NCBI GenBank assembly: GCA_001949185.1
Contig: BDGG01000005.1
Coordinates: forward strand, 124,001 to 188,000
Origin: Ramazzottius varieornatus
Taxonomy: Eukaryota > Animalia > Tardigrada
Length of the DNA: 64,000 bases
Reading direction: 5' to 3'
Of this stretch, positions 23,771-38,505 are shown piece after piece. Each line of letters starts with the position of its first letter. Position 1 is the first letter of the stretch. A model generated the notes under the pieces. That model had not been told where the DNA came from and made no database searches. It worked only from the letters and a program-made list of their open reading frames with translations. Made by a program: the position numbers and the translations under genes.

Positions 23771-25019
23771 CCTCACGCCGCACGCATTTTGTTGGCAGGT
23801 CCTTCTAATAATAACTATTCCAAGTATAATTGTTTTAAGGATGTGCGCTTGTCTGCTGGTCTAGAGGTTAGGTTCTTGAGCCCCAAAGCTTTCTTGCTTT
23901 TCCGGACTTTTGTCCCTATCCAGTATCCAGTATTCCAGTGTGCACAAAATTAAGTGTACGAAGGTAGGGTTCCGACAAATCGCTTGCTCTTAACCTATAA
24001 TATCCCGAGCATGGTGGGACGCAGAGTGCGGAAAAGACGCAAGCAGAGGGGTCGGGCCCCTCCCGAAAATTTACTAGCCAGTAACTACACTGGAATTATT
24101 TTGTTGTGGTTTTCATTTGGGGAGTTTCAAGTTTGTGAGATTTGTCTCTGGTGAGTCTGTTCTAGATCTTGAATTCAGGTAGTCTGACCGTAGTCAGATA
24201 TTTTCTGGTCATACGGATGTACTGGACACCACTGGAGGAGCAAACATCAGACAGCACTGGCTATCTTAGCTGGAGTGCAACATCATCGTCCTCGTGCAGC
24301 GTGTTTGCGAAACAGGTTGGAATGGCCTTAGGCTGACATTCCTCATGGTGGTGGCGATAGCGGAAAATTTGGTAAACATCTCTCCGTTACGTTCCATGGC
24401 CTCCTTTCTCGTTGCAGGTGGTGTTCCGTCGGATAGTGCCTTGCCCTGGGAAAACACCTGCCATTTGTGCGCTTGCGTAGACAGAAATAAGAAGTCCGAT
24501 TGACTGCACGTGCGTATGCTAGGGAAGGTATCGGAAGCTGAATTGTTAACTCTACCGGTAAACATCTTGGCTAACACGTTGCAATCGATCGAGCTGTTCT
24601 ACCGCTACTGGACTATGCAATCACCTCCGCACCATCAAAGATTGAAGTCGGTAAATCAACCTTTGGACCTGGATGCAGTGTTCACTCGCGGAAACCCTCA
24701 ACTATCGATACCAACTTCCGGTGGGTAATTACATCACCGCGGGGTATATGAATCGAATCCGAATACTTTCAGCGCTTTCATACTATGCTCATTAACTCCA
24801 TTATTCTGTTTTTTCCAGCTGATTGTCGGCCTGCGAGCGGAGACTGCGCTGTTTTCTTCGAGGCTTCGACGAGGACTATACGGGAACCGAAGTTTGTTTG
24901 CAGTAGCCGGAAGTCCTCTTGCGATCAGTAAGACAGCGATGGTTTCTTTATGTACATACGATCATGATGGTATTCCGCTATGAAGACAGATGTAAGTCGT
25001 GTTCGGACTTGTCTCGATC

Positions 25020-28000
25020 ATGAATGGAGTAGGAGTGCGGAAGCGCGGTGTAGCTGACGATGGCTTCGACCAAGACAGGAGAACCGGCGGACAGCGCGTA
25101 TCGACGACCACCGCGGGAGACGAGAAGGACAAGAACAGATGGACGGCAGAAGATGCGGCTTCGCAAGGGAACATGCTAGGATGGCTTCAGTGGTTAATAT
25201 TAGGAGCATACATAGGGACTGTCATCTACCTGATCCAGACAGTATCCCAACAACTACCTCGGCCCTGGCCCAGCTCGGAGCATGGAGATCTGCGCGACAT
25301 GAGCAAATTTTCGGAAGATCGAGCTATGCAGCACCTCTTAGTTCTGACCAGCTTTCGGCCGCGAACCGTCGGTACTGACGGGAATGACAAGTTTGCCGCG
25401 AACTACTTCTACAAGGAAGCACAAGCTATCAAGAAGAAGGCGGCCCAGCTTCACGATATCGATATCGATCACCAAATCGTTTCCGGTTCTTTCCGCTTGG
25501 CCTTTCTCGGAGGTAAGTTGCTGATGATCGCTCTTCGGTACTCTTTCGTTGTCGCTGGTGTGGTGAAAAGTGTCTGTTGTCAATAGGGTTTAACAGTGTG
25601 TATCGAAATGTGCACAACATACTAGTACGAGTCAGTCCACGGAACGTCGAAACGAATCGGACATTGCTAGTGAACTGTCACTTCGACGCAGCAATTGGTG
25701 TGGATGGGGCGAGTGATGATCTGAGCCAGTGTGTTATCATGCTAGATACCCTGGCCGTGCTGGCGCGACGAGGAGCTCTTCCGGGCCGTATTTTGTTCCT
25801 GTTCAACGGAGCCGAAGAAAGTATCCTACAGGTGAGTCCACACGCCAAATATAACTCCTGTCGTGGTCTCTGTTGGTTCTCGACTGCAGCCTGTGATCGA
25901 TTTCAGGCAAGTCACGGATTTGTAACCCAGCATCCGTGGGCGAAGGAAGTGACTGCGTTCGTCAACCTGGAAGCGGCGGGAAGTGGCGGTCGTGATGTTT
26001 TGTTTCAGACAGGTAAGTAATATCACTGCTTTGCGCCAACGCTGTTACTGAATCAAACTGGAGCGTTGGACAAGTACACGTAAACGTCACAATTATGGTG
26101 GTAATTTCTAGGACCAAAGCATCCTTGGCTAGTGCGAGCTTATGCGCGTGTGCCTTACCCGTGTGGTAATTCGGTGGGTGAGGAAATATTCCAAAGTGGA
26201 GCGATTCCGAGTGATACTGATTTCCGGATCTTTCGTGATCACGGACATATTCCCGGTAAACATATGATTTCATGAATTTCGAAAACGGGAGACACGATAT
26301 CGCATCGGATGGTCCGTTCTCCAGGTGTGGACATTGCTTTTGTCGAGAACGGATATGTCTACCATACGCACTATGACCAGGTTGACCAGATCTACCCCGG
26401 CACACTTCAACGCGCCGGAGAAAACTTGTTGGCCCTCTTGTACGGTATGGTCACTTCAGCGGAATTCCAGGACCTAGGTAAACCTTCGCCGAAGACTTCT
26501 TTATGGTTGATATGTTATGTTTCAAGATTTAACAATCAAGTTGAGTCAGTTGAATACTCATTCCTTTGCTGCTTCATAGAGAACTGCAAGGACTGTGCTA
26601 CGGACAGTGCAGTCTACTTCGACTTCATCGGCCTGGCTTTCATCATGTACTCCCACACCAGCGGAATCATTGCGAACTACTTCTTCGCTATAGCTGCTAC
26701 CTTCATCATCCTGCTCGAGATGCTTTACCAGTTCAAAAACTGTCCCGGTAATCATTCTTGTTCATACCACGTTTCGTTTTCGGCTTGAGCCTTGTACCGT
26801 ACGAACGTTGGCTGGCGAGCCTCGTACCGTACGAATGTTCGTTTTGTGTTTCAGTTTACCTGTCACGAAAAGATGCCGTCAGCGCGATGATATTCAGCTT
26901 CCTGCTCGTGCTCTGCTCCATAATAGTGCCGGTGAGCATGACAGCGCTGCTGGCATACTTGCTTAGCATGGTGGCACCAATGTCTTGGTTTTCCCGAACG
27001 TACTTGACATTCTTCCTGTACGCTCTTCCCACCATCGCTGTGTCGTTCGCCCTTCATTGGGTCGCTTCACATACACGCCTTATGGTGAATTCTGTCTTTA
27101 TGTGATCCGCACTTTTAGATGGTTTAGCGTAACGGTCTTTTGTCTGGCAGATGCGCATCCCGGTCCAAATGCGAGAAAGCATCGTCTACCACGCGGTCGG
27201 TCTCATATGGATCGTTCTTCTGGTGGGAACAACGTTAAAAGGACTGAATTCGGCATTTTTGCCAATGTTGTTCGTGGCAGCGCCAATCCCTGTTCGGTTC
27301 ATCTGGCTAACTCTACAGCCTCTCACTCGACACGGTAAGTAACGGAAGCTGTCTTTTCTCCGTAACGTTTCCTGCATTTTTATCATTTGTTGCAGATTTG
27401 GTGGCGTTTCTGACGACGCATATGACAAGTTACAGTATTTCCAGTATTTTCGCCTTGTATCAACTGATATCCGTGGTGAAAGTGTTCTTGCCAATGTTTG
27501 GTCGGACCGGTTCCGAAGTCAATCCCGATGTCTTACTGGCGGTCATAGTCAGCTCCGGAGTTATGTCCATCCTCAGCTACTACGTAAGTCCCTGTAATCT
27601 CGTAATAGCGTCAATCTAAAATTGCGCTCGATCTCGACCTCGACGCATATGTCCTTTCTTGGAAGGTAGACCAGTTTGATCCACGTAACGAAGCGACAAA
27701 CGGTGCTGCGTATTAGCCAGCTCTGTGCCTTGCTGACGCTGATCACAGTCTTGACGGTGTCCCTAACATCCATGGGCTTTCCATACAGCTCGCCACCTGA
27801 TCGCATCGCTCCGAAGAGAATGATTGTTCAGGTAGCGCCGTAACCACTGTCTATGCATTAAACAGGTGGTTCGACGTGTATTTCCTTCTTGTAGCATCTG
27901 CATCGGGAAGAGTTCAATCTGAAGAACGAGCAGATCATCCACGAAAATGCTCTATGGATCGTTCCGTTGGACTTCACCGGACTTCAGCCAGTCCCTTTGG

Positions 28001-28825
28001 CTGATATCATCTCACTGACCGGTGCTACGAAGCCCGACTGCGACAGCAAGTTATACTGCGGTCTTCCGTTCATCTATCCCGTAATGAACATGCTTAAGTA
28101 AGATCGCAACTGTAGCTTACGTTTGAGACCATGTCTTGGTATCACGAGTGCTCAAGACTATCACTATTTTGACAGACAACACCTCGTCGTACCAATAAAA
28201 GACGAGCCGCGTCTTCCCCACCACCCGCTGTTGAAGAAAACTGACGACCAAGTCCTTGTATCGGATGATCAGTCTCTTGTCCAGACTCGTCGCTTGACTT
28301 TTGTAACCCAATGTACATTTGCAAATGACCAAGTAATGTTTAGTTTGATGGTTTGTGACCTGGTACTAATCGGTATTTATTCTTCATCAGTGGTGGACCA
28401 CAGTAACATCCACATGTCCCCGGCAGAAGGGTGCGAGTTGCGTGGATGGAACCTGACGCAAGCTGAACCTATGCAAGGACCAACGTGGCACAACAGGACC
28501 ACATACTTTGTCTTCTTAGTATCCGGTTACGATGCGAAAGGACCGATGTACGAAAAAACATTTCACGTGGACATATCGGTAGGTGAAAGATTGGTCGCCC
28601 ACACAAAAATCTGCATGCATCACATGTGACTGTTTATAGTGCCCGAAAACGGCGTCCAGAGCGACGGACCCGGTGGCAGATGACCGTTTGGAAATCTTGA
28701 CCATCACTGTAATCAATCATTTTCTAACCATGACCAGTCCAGTACTGGACAAGATAACCCAACAGTTGCCTTCTTGGCTGGCTCCCATAACCTGGCTCAA
28801 CTCAATCCAGACATATTCGTTTTGA
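25020..28825 (+). CDS. ERMP1: Endoplasmic reticulum metallopeptidase 1 (M28 family), multi-exon
   Basis: [51 protein letters not shown] and YVYHTHYD motifs, followed by multiple transmembrane segments. TGA at 28823-28825. Confidence 0.9.
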
Positions 28826-29380
28826 TAGAGAACCCTATTTTTTTACAGTTTTCATCTAAATCCAAAACCGTCCATTCCTTGTTTTAAGCGTTAGCGCCCT
28901 CTGGGGCTTTGTTTATTGTTGATCGATGCACTTTTTGTGTCGCTTGTTTCGGTTAGAGTCCTGTTAGAACGTAAATTTTTTAACTGAAATTTCTCGTGTG
29001 TCAAAACACATGTAAATCTTTCGAAACAGACTCGCACATCCAACCTACCACCAAAATTTGGGAGCTCTTCCAGTCTGCGATATCAAGACTTTCGAGAATA
29101 CTTTTGAGTGTGGCCCTCTCAAAAGCAGCGCCGTCTGCCCAGGTCCTAAATTTCCGATTTGAGGTCAGTAGATCCAGATAACGGAACTCAGTGCGGGAAG
29201 TGATGTTTATCTTCTGCTGTGAGCTCATGGATACTTTATTTACGGTTTGAACTCGAAAGCCGATAAGCGAAGGCGAGAAACTGCCACATGTGGCTTCTTG
29301 CTCTGAATGTACGCGCACAGTTGAATCTTCGGATGATCGCTGCTGTGTTCCGGGGGTTTCGATAAGTTGAGCTGGACGAA

Positions 29381-31142
29381 ATGGCCGACTCAACAAGTTC
29401 CACAACCGCGTATTCGAAGCCGTTCAAGCTGTTAGTTCGATCAGCTGAGCAGGTTGTCCAGGTGGTAAACAATGGCGCAAAAGTGCTTAGGGGAAATGAG
29501 ATGAAATCCTTGGCTGTTCTGGAATCTCGCCTGCCAAAAGATGCTAACCGGCGGGATGGTCTGAGCGTCGTGGTCGATAGGTACATGGACTTTTTCCATT
29601 CTATATATAGAACGAGAAAGAAAGTTTTGTGTTTTGTTGTAGGACGGGTAATATTCACGATATTGGGTACGATTCTGACTTGGACGGCAAGTACACCGAG
29701 CAGGATTTCGACCATATTGTGGATGCTACTGGCCAATGCGTTATACCTGGTCTCATCGATGGCCATACTCATCCCGTCTGGGCCGGGGATCGCGTCAATG
29801 AGTTTTCCATGAAGGTAAGTATCCCCTCATTACTTTGCACGGGTTGGTATAGCCACTGAAATTTCTGCTGGTGGTAGTTAGCAGGAGCGACGTACATGGA
29901 CATACACAAGGCTGGTGGCGGCATCTACAGCACGGTAACAAGCACTCATCTGGCAACCGAAGAGCAGCTCTACAGTTCCCTTGTGCAACGACTACAGACC
30001 ATGCTGCAAAACGGATCGACCACGGTCAGTCATATCATCTAATGAAAAGGTGCCTGTACTTGGTTTACGTTGTCTCTGTTGCAGATAGAAGCCAAGAGCG
30101 GGTACGGGCTGGACTTGGAAAACGAACTGAAGATTCTTCGAGTGCTTCATCGTGCTCAGAAAGAAGGGCCCTGGAATCTTAGTATAACTTACTGTGGAGC
30201 CCATGCTGTTCCAAAGTAAAAAACTTGTAGCACTTCCGGGGCTGCTTTGAGTATGCGAGGTGATTATGCTTCGACTTTAGGGGCAGTTCGGCTGAAGTGG
30301 CAGTGAAAGACATCGTTGAGCACCACCTGAATGCAGTTATGGAGGAAACGAAAGCTGGGCGGCTCACTGTGGACAACGTGGATGTCTTTTGCGAAACGGG
30401 AGTTTTCACGGTGGAACAAGCGAAAGCCATCTTGCGGAAGGGACAATCCTTCGGCCTGAACGCTAACTTTCATGCCGAAGAGCTATCGTATTTGGGGGGA
30501 GCAGAGGTGATAGGGATTTCCCTTCGGACTGTTATCTGGAAATGATGCTCAGATTGCTCTTTAGCAGTGTTTGGTTTTCCCTAGATGGGGGCTGCCATAG
30601 GATCCAAAGCTATTAGCCATCTGGAATACATAAGTCCGGAAGGTATCGCTGCCATAGCACAAAGTGGGACCGTCGCGACCCTGCTGCCCACCACGGCCTT
30701 CCAGATGCGCTTACCGGCTCCACCGGTTCGTCGAATGATTGAGCAGGGCGTAGCTGTGGCTATTGGAAGCGACTTCAACCCCAACGCCCACTGCTTGTCC
30801 ATGGTAAGTTCATCCAATGTCCCGTCATACCTATATCAGACTTTGAGAAACCGCCGTCATATTGAGACATGTCCTGTTTCGTAGCCCGTCGTCATGTACC
30901 TGGCTGCGGTCACATTCCACATGTCTCTAGAAGAGGTCTTGGCTGCATCGACCATCAACGCAGCCGCTTCTCTGAATCTTGCGGACTCTCGCGGTTCTTT
31001 GGAAATCGGAAAAGTGGCAGACATGGTCTTGATCGACTCTCCATCGTGGGAACACCTGATTTATCAGCTTGGAAACGCCACCAAACTCATATCCACCGTC
31101 ATCAGCAAAGGCTTTGTGGTGCGTGCCCGAAAGAAAGAGTAA
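29381..31142 (+). CDS. AMDHD1: Imidazolonepropionase (histidine catabolism), multi-exon
   Basis: PGLIDGHTHPVWAGDRVNEF, EAKSGYGLD, DVFCETGVF, FHAEEL, SHLEY and GSDFNPNA motifs. Confidence 0.93.
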
Positions 31143-32478
31143 AAACTGTTCACCAGCTCTGTGCTTAAGGACCTCAGGTACTTCTAGCGTCCATTTCTGT
31201 CTCTGCTCATCTCTGCTCAATTCGGCCTCGCTTTCGAATCGTGCGAAAGCCTCGGAAGGAGGAAACTGTTCAGTTTGTCTGCTTCATACGGGAGGCTGCG
31301 GTACTAAATCAACGCCATCATGATACCCTATGGCTGTAACTCTGTGAGCACGCCACAGTACCGAATGACAACTCCGCCTAAAACTGCGTATGCTTGGCAC
31401 CACGTACTAAGCATCGCACAGTCGAGCGAACCGATCGATATTGCGCTGCGTAATATTTCCTTATTTGGAGCACGGATTTCCACCACACAGTAAGAGCCAG
31501 CTAGAAGGTACCTCCAGTAACCTCCTTGTACCGTAACTGCTGGTATGACCATCACCGAACTATTTTCTGCTTTCAGGTAACTAAAAACATGCAAAGTCGC
31601 TTGTTCAAGATCACTCGAGGCTGCAAGTCGGAACACAAGGCAAGGGTTTGCGGAGAGACTAGGGTCTCAGTTCGACCATCGTGCTCATCGAAGTGTGCTC
31701 ATCGAAGCTCCCTGGCCGTTATCAGCACTTGCGACAACCAGATGCGCAAGCCAGTGTTGATGTATTCGTGACGTGGTCGTAAAGGAGGATCTTCTGAACG
31801 GCTCAGGCAGAGCGCGGCGGCGATTAGAGTACTCCCATATAATTTTAAAGTCTGTCGTTCCCACTGGGGCTGTGCAGCCGAGGCACGTACAGTCGCTTCT
31901 AAAGTTTAGGCGGCATACATATGGAAGCGTGGGATGTTGCGCCGTACTGTTCAGTGAAAGACCCGAGAACGCGTACGTAACTTGACTCTTCCGCGACAAC
32001 CGGTTATGCTAAAAATGTGCATGACGATGTCTGCGAGTTGCTTTCTAATGCATCGAATATCGCTGAGCAAAACACATAAGTCTGAATAGCACATGTTGTG
32101 CGTGCTTCGCTGCTCGTCAATCGTCGTAGCTGTCTTTCCAAAAGGGAAACTTTGCAGCTGCTGGGATTTCGACCTGCATTTGTGCTTCACGTCAGCGTAT
32201 TCCCACATGATCGGGAACCTTTCTGTGCCGGGATTCGAACCCTAAAGCTGAGGGACGACTCGGCTTCTTCGAGAAACCTCCGTGGTAAGCTTGGTCCTCA
32301 CCGTACAATATGCGAATTACGGGCCTGATATCGAGTATGCTGTGCTTCGCCCAGTGCTATGAATAACTACTTGCGCTGTCCCGCATCATCTTGCATCTTG
32401 CTTGATTCGCTCTGTCTTTCTAGTGAGGCGGAGCAGCAAACATTCTAAAATCACTTGAGAAGTAGTGGACCGGACAAA

Positions 32479-33493
32479 ATGGCGTATCTGAGCTTCCTGA
32501 TGTCCAGGACTGGTATCATCAAGCTGCTTGAGACGGTGAGTGCTGTGATACTCTTCCACAGCCGATGAGTATTCCCCTCCAAATCTCCTCATCTATATCA
32601 CCATGTGGGCGTCCGTCGACCACTCATTCAGCAAATTTAAGATGATTTTTATTTTCAGATAGTGGGAATTATCACTTTGGCTCTGGTCGTACATTATGGT
32701 CTCCAAGTCGTACAGTATTCCGATATCCTCCCGGCATCGACGTTCCTCCTGGCAGTAGTTAGCGCAGGCCTGCTGATTTCATTCATCGAGCTGGTCACAT
32801 TCTTCTATGACGATGAGACAAGATACGGCGTTCGCAGGAGTCTCTTCGTATGTACTTCCTCGTTCATCATAAGGAAAGAGTGAAAGACGCTATGCGACTG
32901 TAGTGAAAAGAAAACAGAAAAAGTAATTGTGAACGTTGTTTTTCCTGCAGGAAGTGTTCTTTTGTTTTGCCGCCACCGCTCTATGGCTCGCTGCCGCCTG
33001 TACCATGGCTTACTTTGTCCATACCAGGGCGTACGAGCACTACAAGAGTACCAACCAACAGTTCGACATCTATCCCGGCTTAATCGGCGCTACGGTACGA
33101 AACACGTGTTGAGCTGCTAGATTTTAGATAGTTTTTCCAGGGCAGAAACTGGGACCGGGGCAAATGAACTAGACCATAATCTCAAGTGGCGCAGGCTTTC
33201 GTTGTTGTTGGCCGAGAATGTGCGCCACTGGGGAAATCTACCGGGTGCGAATCATTTGCTCACCTGCCAGTTGCCAAAGTCCGTTAGCTATGCCCCGCTT
33301 AATAATGAGCTGTGGAATTGCTAACACGAATATCGATCCTAATAAGATGACAGTCAAGTTAAATTTTTTTCTTTAGATTTTTGCCTTCATTGGTGCGTTG
33401 TTGTACCTGATCGATTCGATCTTCGCGTACTCGGACATGAAGGGAACTGTTACCGGTGGACCAAGATATCTAGAGTCGGTGGTGTACAAGTAG
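32479..33493 (+). CDS. MARVEL-domain four-TM protein (CMTM/plasmolipin/singles-bar-like), 4 exons
   Basis: Spliced product MAYLSFLMSRTGIIKLLET|IVGIITLALVV...|EVFFCFAATALWLAAAC...|IFAFIGALLYLIDSIFAY...VVYK*. The GxxKxxE start and YxxD end are typical of MARVEL domains. Confidence 0.8.
33147..33272. mobile_element. Family A copy (MARVEL gene intron 3)
   Basis: AACTGGGACCGGGGCAAATGA...CAAGTGGCGCA...TGCGCCACTGG...TCATTTGC...CCAGTT. Confidence 0.8.
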
Positions 33494-34211
33494 ACGAGTG
33501 GAATGTGAAGGTCCACAACGGATTAACGTCCTGGTCCATCCTAAAGCACCGCACTAATCCAGTTATGAGCTTGTTGAATCTCTTTTGATGCATTTTTGTA
33601 CCCTTTCAATCACCTTGGCTAACTTTATTTCTCCGCTAATCAATCTCTGCTCCAAAACCTTCGATAATCTATGTGGTTGAGAAATTAATGCTTTAACGAT
33701 ATTCGTGGCACCAACCGGCTATGTACTTCACGCCACAGGGTTCGTGCGAGAACGGTCAAGTAAACGAAGACTCACACATAAGGAACTAAGTTAGTCCTGC
33801 GCATTAGAACACAACAAGTACGGAATGGATGAGTCTGCGCTAATGGCAGACATGTGATTTTCTGATAACTGGCATTGGTGATCTAATTTGTTTGCAGATA
33901 GCCGATTAGATTCTTGTGGTGATACCAGAAAACTTCTTCTGGTGCCTTGGCATTATATGCACATACAAGCCCACAGCATGACTCGGCACATTCAACGCTG
34001 TAGTAGCCGAGGTCTCTAGAAACTTTTACTTTTATTTCTGTAGACACAGACTCTCCCTTTATTCACCCATAACGCCAATTTCTACCGATATAGCTGCAGG
34101 ACGAAGCTGTCCGCGAACTCTAAATTTGACGACCCCCCAATTTACTTGCGATATTTCTGCCCTTTATCAACGTCCTCACAGATTCGAATTACTGAAAAGA
34201 GCAACGTCAAA

Positions 34212-36224
<2,013 letters not shown>

Positions 36225-38505
36225 ACTATATACGACCCAAGTCCACTCAACATTTCAAACGGTATCTGGAGAAAAGGCACCGAAATTAAGAAAGTTTGTC
36301 AAATTATAATTACGAAGCAAGACATTCTTTGCGCTATATTTCAAGTTTATTTCCGCCATATCGAACAAATAAGGGCAGAACCATTCGATATACTCTTTCC
36401 TCTGGTTCCTGTATGCATATAACCATACATGCTGATTTTTCTTATTATTATGAATATGGTGCTGCATGGTTTGATAGTATAAAAGAATCGATCAGATTTC
36501 CCATCATCTTCGGTGGTCGGGTCCCCGCGTATCGCCGGGTACGCAGTTTCTGCCGTTATCTTGATCCTGTATTCCGTGTATAGTTCGATTTGAACAGTTG
36601 GACAGAAAGCTTGACCAAGGGAGGATCTGAACATCATGTAGCGCACCGATTGCCGTTCTTGATGGAGAAGAACGATGCAGTACTCCATCTTGAGAGTCAA
36701 AAGTGACAAGGTGCGAGGAAGAACTTCTCAGTTTGAGGATCGTCAGTCAACAAGTTTCCCATGAACCAACGGGTCCTGTACCGATCCGGCTCACGTCCCG
36801 AACGACCTGCCACCAGAGACGGAACGACGCGTCAGTAGACTAGCTAGACCTACCTGAACAAGAGTAAGACTCTATGAGTCGTACCAGAAATCCCTAGCAA
36901 AACTCGATAGCAGGCCGCCAGGCTGCCGGCCGAAACCTTCGCGAACTTGTCCGAACGTGTTTCGACGGAAGCAAACCTGTAGAATCAAAGAAAAGAAACG
37001 GACTGATGGCGAAGCGGATCGCATCGCGATCGAAAACGGACCGGCCTGAGAACGACCGAAAACGAGAGCGGACTGGGAACGGATGCGCACCCGGATCTTA
37101 CAACGACCTGGGGAAATACAGCTCACGGAGTCGTTCCCACTCCGTTCGCTCGACGTTCAGCGTCTTCTCTGGACCTGGTCTTTCTTTCTTGGATTGTCAT
37201 GCAATCAAACAACTGCAAAGAGGTTCCGAGTATGTACAGTATACGTAATACGTATATATGTACGTAATACCTGTATACGGCTATACGCTTAGTAATTTCA
37301 ACTATTGTTGTTGTTTTAGTTCCCGTCGATCTTTCTTGCTTCCTTCTCGTGACTTCTGATTAAGGATATCTGAACTGTGTACGGGATACTTGGATCACTG
37401 GTATCGTACGTATTTGAAGTATGGGAATGCTATCAGCTGGATTATGATCGGATTCTGGCCGCTTATGAGCTTCGGGCAACTGCACGAGTCACATCTTACA
37501 TAACGAAGTCTCAAGTCTGATCGAACTTTTAGCTTTAAAACTGCCCGTATCCTTAATCCTGCACCATACCTTACGGGCCCCTTTTCACGCTCACTAATTA
37601 GGTACGAGCTTTGTCGAGCCTACTCATGGATAGAAGCATTCCATAGTTCCGGCGATGACCATTAACGAATGCTTGGCTTCTTGTAGAGTGCTTCGAATTC
37701 CGCGTATCCTACAATTGCAGCGTATAATCGCTCCTGTCCACCGTCAACTTGCACAATCCATATGGAAAAACCTGCGCTGAGCATTCGGTTCAAAGTAAGT
37801 CGTAACTTCATGTTCGTTTGATTCGTGCTTAATCATCGTGAAAACCGATAAGGGTTGTCAGCTACAGTAGATATGGCTCCTTAAACAGTCAAACATCATT
37901 ATCGACGAGTTCCTTACTCGAAGAATCCGCGAAAAGTCCGTTTGGTAATTGGAACAACGAAGCAGTTCCTCCACATCCACCGTTCAGTCTTGGGATCGAG
38001 CTATTTGATGGTCACCTTGAATTGTTATTCAATCAACGTATGCTTTTTTTTTGTTGACATAGGTTGGGCGATGAATCACGCGACGCGCTCCGTATCGCAT
38101 TGTACGTCTTAATATCGACCCGCTGCCGTCTTAAAACGTGCTCGTTTCCCCTTTCATGAGCTTCATCGCTGTTACCTCAGCAGTACCATCGGTTACAGCA
38201 GTGACAACAGCGATTTGTGCTTAATTGTTTCCGACCACCGTTGTCCACCTCAACGCACCGATTGTCTCTGATTGACCAGGTAACACTTATGCGTATAGGG
38301 CAAACTTCCTGGTACAATGGTCCTTGTGGCAGAATCAGCCAGATGATCGATGTTTGCCTATATTAGCTACATGGAATACGGGGCTGTATTCTGTACTGTT
38401 GCCTTCTACAGATCGGCTCGCCGCCTATCCGAAACATGCGCTGTGTAAGATTGGACCTGTCTCAACTCTTCTAAGCACTCGACCGGAAGTCCCAACGGCA
38501 CAACA

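Noticed and set aside
23954-24728. Possible small gene between the TTLL1-like gene and ERMP1
   Set aside because: One plausible intron is visible, but I could not build a consistent spliced ORF or recognise any homology.
26787-26842. Two-copy ~30-bp direct repeat in an ERMP1 intron (similar tiny duplications near 31680 and 56605)
   Set aside because: Ordinary slippage duplications with no further structure.
31150-32450. Several 60-105-aa ORFs between AMDHD1 and the MARVEL gene
   Set aside because: No motifs or coherent exon chain; probably UTR or regulatory DNA.
36300-38505. ORFs and a TA/CG-rich self-complementary stretch (~37230-37290) upstream of ABCA
   Set aside because: Best explained as promoter and non-coding 5' exons; the stretch is low-complexity.
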